Below, piece after piece: positions 1 through 6,360 of a stretch of DNA of 35,354 bases (positions are counted from its first letter, which is position 1; each line of letters starts with the position of its first letter). Location: contig JADGNW010000297.1 of NCBI GenBank assembly GCA_017883315.1, forward strand, positions 1-35,354, in the 5' to 3' direction. The position numbers and the translations under genes are program-made. This stretch comes from Blastocatellia bacterium. GTDB lineage: Bacteria > Acidobacteriota > Blastocatellia > UBA7656. The notes below the pieces were generated by a model that had not been told where the DNA came from, did not search any database, and saw nothing but the letters and a program-made list of their open reading frames with translations.

Positions 1-498
1 ACCATCCGTTTAGACTCGCGACGGAAAGGCAAGCTGCTCGCCCTGGAGGTGATCTCACGCATCACCAGCGCCGATCAAAAGTGCTTCGAGATTCCAGGCA
101 CTGAAGACGAAGGGATCGATATGGAATTGGAGTTCACCGATGACAAAGGCAAAGGCACCGGCAAGCGGCTGTACTTGCAATTGAAGTCAGGCAACTCGCA
201 CTTGAAAGCGCGTAAAGACGGCGTGGAGATTTTTGCGATCAAAGAGCAGCGCTGGGTGGACTACTGGATGAAGCAATCGCATCCAGTGATGCTGGTGATT
301 GGAACCTTCGCCGTAGACGACGAGCGCTCAATGGGCAGCCCGAAGTTGGAGTTCGACGAAGTTCGCTGGATGGAGATCAGCAGCTACCTGAAGCGCGAAA
401 GCCAGAACGGGAAGAAGCCGGTTAAGCAAATCGAGTTCAAAGGCGAACGCCTGGACATGACCAGCGTGCGCCGCTGGCGGGATAAGGCGTTGAGCTAA
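1..498 (+). CDS. C-terminal part of a protein ending in a DUF4365-like PD-(D/E)xK nuclease domain (5' end outside window)
   Basis: Frame is open from base 1 (TIRLDSRRKGKLLALEVISR...). Motif GIDMELEF...LYLQLKSG matches the D...QxK pattern of DUF4365. Stop TAA at 496-498. Confidence 0.75.
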   Translation, partial: TIRLDSRRKGKLLALEVISRITSADQKCFEIPGTEDEGIDMELEFTDDKGKGTGKRLYLQLKSGNSHLKARKDGVEIFAIKEQRWVDYWMKQSHPVMLVIGTFAVDDERSMGSPKLEFDEVRWMEISSYLKRESQNGKKPVKQIEFKGERLDMTSVRRWRDKALS

Positions 499-536
499 GA
501 TCTGACACCGACGCCCGAGCGCATATGCGCGAGGTT

Positions 537-1196
537 TCACTCGAACTGTTTTTTGAAATCGACAAACTGCTGCTTGAGTTCCGCCAACTCGCTGCGAACT
601 TGCGCCAGCTCTTCTTCAAGCTTTGCGATTCTTTCATTCTCCTGGCGAACCTCCAGCGTAACCGGCTCGAGTCGCGGGGCCACTTCACGCTCTTCAACTT
701 GAACCTCTCCCGCAAGCAGGTGTGCGTAGCGCGATTCTTTCGTTCCAGGCTGACGTGGCAGCTTCACTGCCAGCGGCGGGTCGGCGGTCATCAGCGCTTG
801 AAGCGTCAACTCTACTTCCTCGAGTTCTCTGAATTCATACAGCCTTCCCGTGCGGCCGCGAATCTCGCCCACCGTCTGCGGTCCGCGCAGCATCAACACG
901 CACAACACTGCCACTTCCTGTTCGGCGAGCTTGAGCGCTTCAGTAAACCGGTGCTCGTACTTTGGCACTCGACCGACGCCGGTCACCATCCACGTGAGTT
1001 TTTTCTCCCGCAAGCTCTCCAGCGCTCGCGCCACCGTTCTCTCGTCGAATGAGACTACCGGATCGCGATTAGAAATCTGATTGCACGCGTTCACGAGCGC
1101 GTTCAGCGTGAGCGGATAGTACTCGGGCGTCGTGATATCTTTTTCGATCAGCGAGCCGAGCACTCGCACTTCAACTTGCGTCAATATCTGGTCCAC
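537..1196 (-). CDS. yceH: YceH family (DUF480) protein
   Basis: EVRVLGSLIEK.ITTPEYYPLTLNALVNACNQ.SNRDPV, LMLRGPQTVGEIR.R, KESRYAHLL, and a C-terminal coiled coil. Confidence 0.92.
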   Translation of the reverse strand: MDQILTQVEVRVLGSLIEKDITTPEYYPLTLNALVNACNQISNRDPVVSFDERTVARALESLREKKLTWMVTGVGRVPKYEHRFTEALKLAEQEVAVLCVLMLRGPQTVGEIRGRTGRLYEFRELEEVELTLQALMTADPPLAVKLPRQPGTKESRYAHLLAGEVQVEEREVAPRLEPVTLEVRQENERIAKLEEELAQVRSELAELKQQFVDFKKQFE

Positions 1197-1229
1197 ATTG
1201 ATTCCTCTTCAAAAGTGCTTCGAGCGTCG

Positions 1230-1258
1230 TTGAGAAGTTATATAACAAAGTCTATACT
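1230..1258 (+). promoter_or_regulatory. sigma70-type promoter for the 1292 gene
   Basis: TTGAGA (1230-1235), 17 nt spacer, TATACT (1253-1258). A GGAGG RBS precedes ATG 1292. Confidence 0.6.
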
Positions 1259-1291
1259 CGCTGCATTACTTTTTGTTCCGGAGGCTGCCAT

Positions 1292-1945
1292 ATGAAGGAG
1301 CCTGGTAAAGCACAAGCTAAAACAGTTCTGGTTCTTGTCGTGTTAGCCTTGATGCTCGGGAACTCACAATCGTTCCTCGCGCAACAGCAGCAGAACCAAG
1401 GCTACAAGCAGCCTGTTGACCCGGCAGCGAGGCCAAAGGTCCGGGCGATGGTAGACGCGATTAACCAGCGAGCTCGCGAACTGGGGCTGATAGCGGCCAC
1501 TGATGACGATGACCAGGCTGCATTCATCCGCAGGAAACTGAACGGTCAGTTGAGCGAAGACTTCGAAAAGCTGTACTCGATCAACGTCGAGAAGATCGCC
1601 ACGCAGTCATCCGCGGCCTCCTTAGACTATAAGACTCTTTCCGACGCAACAGCCGATCTGAAGAATCGCGCAACTCGCATCAAGTACAGTGTCACGTTGC
1701 TCCAGATCGCCGATAAAGGTGAAAAAACTCGATACGAGGAGAATCCTGAGCAGCTCTCGTCGATGCTGCCCGAGCTCAGCCGGCTGATTAACAGCTTCCT
1801 GGGCAGCCCCGTCTTTCGTCTTAATTCGCCGAACGACGCCGCGCTTCGACTGAAAGCCAGTCGCGATCTGGACGGCATCATCAAACTAAGCGAAACGATC
1901 AACAAGATCACGAAGCACTCGAGCAAGACGGCGGCGTCGAGATAA
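1292..1945 (+). CDS. Secreted, probably helical hypothetical protein
   Basis: GGAGG RBS, N-terminal signal peptide (VLVLVVLALMLG...FLA|QQ), 217 aa, good upstream promoter. Confidence 0.75.
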   Translation: MKEPGKAQAKTVLVLVVLALMLGNSQSFLAQQQQNQGYKQPVDPAARPKVRAMVDAINQRARELGLIAATDDDDQAAFIRRKLNGQLSEDFEKLYSINVEKIATQSSAASLDYKTLSDATADLKNRATRIKYSVTLLQIADKGEKTRYEENPEQLSSMLPELSRLINSFLGSPVFRLNSPNDAALRLKASRDLDGIIKLSETINKITKHSSKTAASR

Positions 1946-1987
1946 ACAGCGGCGGCCCATCGCACTGGTAAAACCTGTCGCAGAAGA

Positions 1988-2917
1988 TTAAGTCCCGGTT
2001 GATTTCCGAAGCGAGCGGTCGCGGATAACCTCTACCGAACAATGCGCGCGCATCGCGACGGCTTCAGAAACGCTACCCAATAAATAACGAGTCAGTCCGC
2101 GCCGGCCGTGTGAGCCGACCACCACCAAATGAGCGCCCCACGCGCTGGCGTCTTCGACGATTCGTTTCTTCGGGTTCCCATCCAGGACCGCAGTTTCCGT
2201 TTTGAATCCGGTTTGCACCACGATTTGTTCAGCGGCGCTGACTGCGTCCTCGCAATTCTTCGCGCTGACTTCGTTACGGGTTTTGGCGACCGCACCCGCG
2301 GCGTACCAGGGATCGGCTGCCGGAATGATCCGTTCAACCACGCTTGCGATCCTGAACTCCGTATCATCAGGCCAGGGCCGCTCGGCGATTGATCGAGCCG
2401 CTGCAAACGAGAACTCCGAGCCATCCGTAGCTAACAGGATTCTCATTCGTTCTCGCGGCTCGTCAGCTCGATGGTGATCGGGATGTTCAGCGTCGTGACG
2501 AGCGTGCCGGACTATCTCGACCGAGCAAGCAGCGTTTTCGACGACCGCTTTTGCAATGCTGCCCAAAAAGAAACGAACGAATCCGCCGTGTCCGTGCGAC
2601 CCGACGAACACGAAATCAGCGCCATACTTCTCCGCCTCTTCGGCGATGCTTGCTGCCGGGTACCCTTCGACTACTTGCGCCGTCGTCCGGAGGTCTCGCC
2701 GGCTCAGGCGTTCTGCCACTTCCTGAACCAGGAGCCGCGCCGCCTTGTTTTCGCTCTTCATGAAAGGCTCGAGATACCCGACGCTGTAGGTGAGCGCGAA
2801 CAAATCGATCACGGTGAGCACACACACTTCAGTGCCGGTCGGCCAGGGTCGCGCTTCGACTTCGCTCACGACCGATTCCGACAGCGGCGACGAATCAATG
2901 GCCAAAAGTATTTTCAC
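1988..2917 (-). CDS. Universal stress protein with two UspA domains
   Basis: Two repeats of (K/R)ILLA.D.S ... VGSHG..G..R(F/Y)(F/L)LGS(I/V)...V...A.CSVE. Likely start GTG 2917 with GGAGG 8 nt upstream; the ORF track starts at 2932. Confidence 0.92.
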   Translation of the reverse strand: MKILLAIDSSPLSESVVSEVEARPWPTGTEVCVLTVIDLFALTYSVGYLEPFMKSENKAARLLVQEVAERLSRRDLRTTAQVVEGYPAASIAEEAEKYGADFVFVGSHGHGGFVRFFLGSIAKAVVENAACSVEIVRHARHDAEHPDHHRADEPRERMRILLATDGSEFSFAAARSIAERPWPDDTEFRIASVVERIIPAADPWYAAGAVAKTRNEVSAKNCEDAVSAAEQIVVQTGFKTETAVLDGNPKKRIVEDASAWGAHLVVVGSHGRRGLTRYLLGSVSEAVAMRAHCSVEVIRDRSLRKSTGT

Positions 2918-3022
2918 GATCTTATCCTCCAAACTGTTGCAGCAAGACTGCTGCCAGGCTCTATTTTACGACAGCCAACCGGGAGCTTCCAATCGGGCGG
3001 TGACATCGCGAACCTCTGGGAG

Positions 3023-3050
3023 CGTAGGCCCACGTAGGCCCCACGTAGGC
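3023..3050. repeat. Short tandem repeat CGTAGGCCC(C)A, about 3 copies
   Basis: cgtaggccca cgtaggcccca cgtaggc in the usp / kinase intergenic region. Confidence 0.7.
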
Positions 3051-3100
3051 ATGGATGCCTGCGCCCTCAGGGCGGGAGGGGAACATCTCGGTGTTTGAGC

Positions 3101-3137
3101 CGGTTCGTCACGCGATAAATCCCATCGGTCACAAAGT
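3101..3137 (+). promoter_or_regulatory. Putative LytTR operator A (autoregulatory, upstream of kinase)
   Basis: CGGTTCGTCAC (3101) and CCATCGGTCAC (3122) at a 21-bp period. TCGTCACGCGAT and TCACAAAGT recur with identical spacing at 5276 and 5300. Confidence 0.65.
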
Positions 3138-3258
3138 TGTTCCACTAATGAACCTGCAGATACAGAATGGCGGCGCTACAACGAATGCTGGAAGTGTAAG
3201 AAGCCGGCGGGGTCGCGCTCGCCGTTCGCACTCAAACAATCCCAGGGGGAAAAATTAT

Positions 3259-3294
3259 TATAGGACGTATAGGACATATAGGACCTATAGGACG
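3259..3294. repeat. 9-bp tandem repeat TATAGGACN x4
   Basis: tataggacg tataggaca tataggacc tataggacg. Confidence 0.9.
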
Positions 3295-3325
3295 CATCAG
3301 TTAGAATGAAGATCTCAGGGGATTA

Positions 3326-4438
3326 ATGATCAGCAGACTCTTGAATCGTCGTTGGTTTCGCGCGGTTCTGGTAATGGCCGCGTGGACAGTCTTCGCGATT
3401 TTTCTGTCCAGCCAGATGTATCTTGCCTACAGCCGCGGCACGACGCCGATTCGATATCAGCGCATATTCTTAGTCGAGCTGATCTACGCATACATCTGGG
3501 CTTCACTGACTCCGTTCATTCTGTGGCTCGCGCGCCGCTTCAGGATCGACCGAGGTAGATGGCTTCGCGGGTTACTGGTCCATCTCAGCGCTTCATTATT
3601 GATCGGCGTCGCGACCCGAGTGTTGCACGATTTGATGCTCTTCTTCTTTCTCGCCGATTACGGCACGAGCTTCTCGGTCGTCAAGCTTCTGTTGAGTGTC
3701 TATTACATGACGGACTATGGCGCAATGGTCTATTGGCTAATACTTCTCGTCAGCTATGCCTTCGACTATCACCGGCGCGTCAGGGAAGGCGAGGTGCGAG
3801 CGACGCGGCTGAAAGCGCAGCTCGCGCAAGCTCAGCTTGATGCGCTCAAGATGCAGCTTCAACCTCATTTCCTGTTCAACACTCTTCACTCAATCTCGGC
3901 GCTGGTTCACAAGAACGCCAACGCAGCCGACCGAATGATCGCGCGGCTTGGAGACTTCTTGCGCCAAACGCTTGAGAATGCCGGAACTCAGGAAGTCTCA
4001 CTTCAGCAGGAACTCGAGTTTCTGAAATGCTATCTGGATATCGAGCGCATACGTTTCGAGGACCGGCTCACTGTTCAGATTGACATCGAGCCGCGAACAC
4101 TTGACGCGCAATTGCCAAACCTGATCCTGCAACCGATCGTTGAAAACGCTATTCGCCACGGCATCTCTCATCGAACCTCTCTCGGCCGAATCGAGATCGA
4201 AGCGCGGCGGCTGAATGGCACGCTTCAAGTTCAGGTCACAGACAACGGGCCGGGCCTTCCCTCCAACTCAAACTCGGGCGCCATAGTCAAAGAGGGCATA
4301 GGGCTTGCGAACACCCAGGCCCGGTTGAAACAACTCTACGGCGAAGATCATCGTCTCGACCTATCCAACACCGCTCGCGGCGGTCTCACAGTAACTCTAG
4401 AGATTCCCTTTCGAGAAGTAACTTCGAAGCAAAAATGA
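3326..4438 (+). CDS. LytS/YehU-family membrane sensor histidine kinase
   Basis: About 4 TM helices, then LKMQLQPHFLFNTLHSI (H-box), LQPIVENAIRHG (N-box), VTDNGPG and GIGLANTQARL. Confidence 0.95.
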   Translation: MISRLLNRRWFRAVLVMAAWTVFAIFLSSQMYLAYSRGTTPIRYQRIFLVELIYAYIWASLTPFILWLARRFRIDRGRWLRGLLVHLSASLLIGVATRVLHDLMLFFFLADYGTSFSVVKLLLSVYYMTDYGAMVYWLILLVSYAFDYHRRVREGEVRATRLKAQLAQAQLDALKMQLQPHFLFNTLHSISALVHKNANAADRMIARLGDFLRQTLENAGTQEVSLQQELEFLKCYLDIERIRFEDRLTVQIDIEPRTLDAQLPNLILQPIVENAIRHGISHRTSLGRIEIEARRLNGTLQVQVTDNGPGLPSNSNSGAIVKEGIGLANTQARLKQLYGEDHRLDLSNTARGGLTVTLEIPFREVTSKQK

Positions 4439-4483
4439 ACTCAGGGCGCCGCGCTGACGTTTAAGGCGGCAAAGGGAGTACTC

Positions 4484-5263
4484 ATGTCAGGCGCGACGTG
4501 TATTCGAACTCTGATTGTCGATGACGAATCCCTCGCACGCGAGCGGATTCGCGACATGCTCGCATCCGATCCGGCTATCGAGATTGTTGCCGAGTGCGCA
4601 AACGGCCAGGAAGCAATAGAAGCGATTCAGCAGTATTCACCCGACCTTGTCTTTCTCGACGTCGAGATGCCCGGCATCGACGGCTTCGCTGTCCTCGAGG
4701 CGCTGCCCGCTGATCGAATGCCGACACTGATATTCGTGACGGCGTACGATCAATACGCGGTGCGGGCTTTTGAGGTCTATGCGCTGGACTATCTATTGAA
4801 GCCGTTTGATCAGGAGCGTTTCGACAGGGCACTCAAACGGGCGAAGGAGCAGATTGCGAGCGAGCAGACCGAAGCTTTGAGCCAGCGAATTCTGAGAGCG
4901 ATCGAAGACATAAAGACCAAGCCGGTTCATCTGGAGCGCCTGGTAATCAAGCTGAACGGCCACGTCTTTTTCATGAAAGCCGAAGAGATAGACTGGCTCG
5001 AAGCCGAAGGCAACTACGTGCGTCTTCACTCGGGTAAGGAATCCTACCTGTTGAGAGACACGATAAGCGCGCTGGAATCACAACTCGATCCGAAGCGGTT
5101 CATACGGGTCCATCGCTCTGCCATCGTCAACGTCGATCGAATTTCAGAATTGCAGCCCTGGTTCCACGGCGAATACCGCATCGTCCTTCGCGAAGGCGTT
5201 CAACTCACGCTGTCGCGCACCTACAGAGAAAAGCTCCACGAGTTGTTGGGAAGGCCGTTGTAA
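4484..5263 (+). CDS. LytTR-family DNA-binding response regulator
   Basis: Receiver domain (IVDDE, FLDVEMP, FVTAYD, YLLKP) and LytTR domain (IDWLEAEGNYVRLH, FIRVHRSAIVN, LSRTY). Confidence 0.96.
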   Translation: MSGATCIRTLIVDDESLARERIRDMLASDPAIEIVAECANGQEAIEAIQQYSPDLVFLDVEMPGIDGFAVLEALPADRMPTLIFVTAYDQYAVRAFEVYALDYLLKPFDQERFDRALKRAKEQIASEQTEALSQRILRAIEDIKTKPVHLERLVIKLNGHVFFMKAEEIDWLEAEGNYVRLHSGKESYLLRDTISALESQLDPKRFIRVHRSAIVNVDRISELQPWFHGEYRIVLREGVQLTLSRTYREKLHELLGRPL

Positions 5264-5271
5264 GAGCACGC

Positions 5272-5360
5272 TTCCTCGTCACGCGATTCCGCCATCCCAT
5301 CACAAAGTCCCTTAGCTTCATCCCAAAACTGTTCTTCCAAAAAACCATCGCACCTAAACT
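5272..5360 (+). promoter_or_regulatory. Putative LytTR operator B with -10 box
   Basis: TCGTCAC (5276), CCATCAC (5297) and TCATCCC (5318) at an exact 21-bp period. TAAACT at 5355-5360. Confidence 0.7.
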
Positions 5361-5468
5361 CCTACGGTAACAGGCGCGCGTTTGGGCGGGAACGCGCGTA
5401 GGTTAACGCCGCGCTCCAGTCACGCAGTCGAGTTAGCGCGGCCAATCCCGATCGGGTGGAGGTCGTTT

Positions 5469-6020
5469 ATGAAGAGGATTGTGCGACTTATCACTGCGAC
5501 TGTCGCGCTGACCGCTGCAGCGATTCCAGCTCATAGCTTTAACCTGTCGGTCGGTGTGTCGCGCTCGCTCCTGGACGCGGTTGCGGCCACCAGAACACGC
5601 ACCAGCGCGGATTACGCGATGTCCAAGGTCGATAAAGGGATCGTGAAAGCCTTTGGGAAGGCCTGGCAAAGGTCGGGCGATGGAACGTCATCGCTGGAGG
5701 GTGTGGTCTTGATTCTGCGAATGGCTGACGGCAGCTTCAGTGGAAGGGACATGGGCGCGACCAACGAGTATAAGCGCTTCACTTTTCCATGGCACCCGGC
5801 AGCGATTGCGATCGTGCACACTCATCCAAACGGATCCGATCCGAAGCCGTGCGACCAGGACATCGTTGCCGCCGACAAGCGTGGGGTTCCCGTTTTCACC
5901 ATCACACGACGGGGGATGTATGTGTACGACCCCGGCACCAGGAAAATCAGCAAAGTGATGAACGATCTTGACTGGCTCGATCAATCGAGTTGGAGCAACG
6001 CGGTGTTTGTAAAACGGTAA
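5469..6020 (+). CDS. Exported protein with a JAB/MPN (JAMM)-like metal-binding motif
   Basis: GGAGG RBS then ATG 5469 (ORF track starts at 5382). Signal peptide MKRIVRLITATVALTAAAIPAHS. E in SLEGVVLI and HTHPNGSDPKPCDQD resemble E...HxH...S-x2-D. Confidence 0.7.
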   Translation: MKRIVRLITATVALTAAAIPAHSFNLSVGVSRSLLDAVAATRTRTSADYAMSKVDKGIVKAFGKAWQRSGDGTSSLEGVVLILRMADGSFSGRDMGATNEYKRFTFPWHPAAIAIVHTHPNGSDPKPCDQDIVAADKRGVPVFTITRRGMYVYDPGTRKISKVMNDLDWLDQSSWSNAVFVKR

Positions 6021-6056
6021 GACATCGTTGCTCTCAAACTGCTCACAAGTTTCCTC

Positions 6057-6098
6057 GCGGCCTTCGAGACACACTGCTCGAAGGCCGCATCCGTCTTT
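6057..6098 (+). terminator. Hairpin after the JAB-like gene, possible terminator
   Basis: Perfect 12-bp stem GCGGCCTTCGAG/CTCGAAGGCCGC with an 8-nt loop; only a weak T-tract follows. Confidence 0.5.
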
Positions 6099-6128
6099 AA
6101 ACGCTATCGGTCGGTTGCATATCAAATT

Positions 6129-6217
6129 TCGCTCGTCAGTCTTTTTGGCCACTCCGGCCCACGATGATCCGTCTTCATCCCAAATCTGTTTGCCGGTTCT
6201 ATTACTCCGCCTAGACT
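6129..6217 (+). promoter_or_regulatory. Putative LytTR operator C with -10 box, upstream of TonB receptor 1
   Basis: TCGTCAG (6133), CCGGCCC (6154) and TCATCCC (6175) at a 21-bp period. 6173-6190 matches 5316-5333 at 17/18 positions. TAGACT at 6212-6217 has the same offset as in operator B. Confidence 0.68.
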
Positions 6218-6360
6218 CGACGAGCACATTCTTGTTTGTGCGAGGCACGACGACGGAACGAAGTTGTGAGACTTGGGAGGGTCTCGGTGTTTCGCCAATG
6301 ACTAAATTGATTCAGCCCGCTCTGGAAGAAAACGAATTCTCAGTTTCAAGGAGAAGACAA

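Noticed and set aside
3259-3294. 9-bp arrays as CRISPR repeats or LytTR boxes
   Set aside because: There are no spacers and no cas genes, and a 9-bp period does not fit the ~21-bp LytTR spacing.
3055-3309. 84-aa ORF ending in YRTYRTYRTYRTH as a possible signalling peptide for the LytS/LytTR pair
   Set aside because: The peptide repeat is simply the translation of the 9-bp DNA array. The ORF overlaps the predicted operator and promoter and has no RBS or leader features.
6028-6360. 111-aa N-terminal extension of TonB receptor 1 in the ORF track
   Set aside because: It spans a hairpin, the operator and the promoter. The RBS and signal peptide point to ATG 6361.
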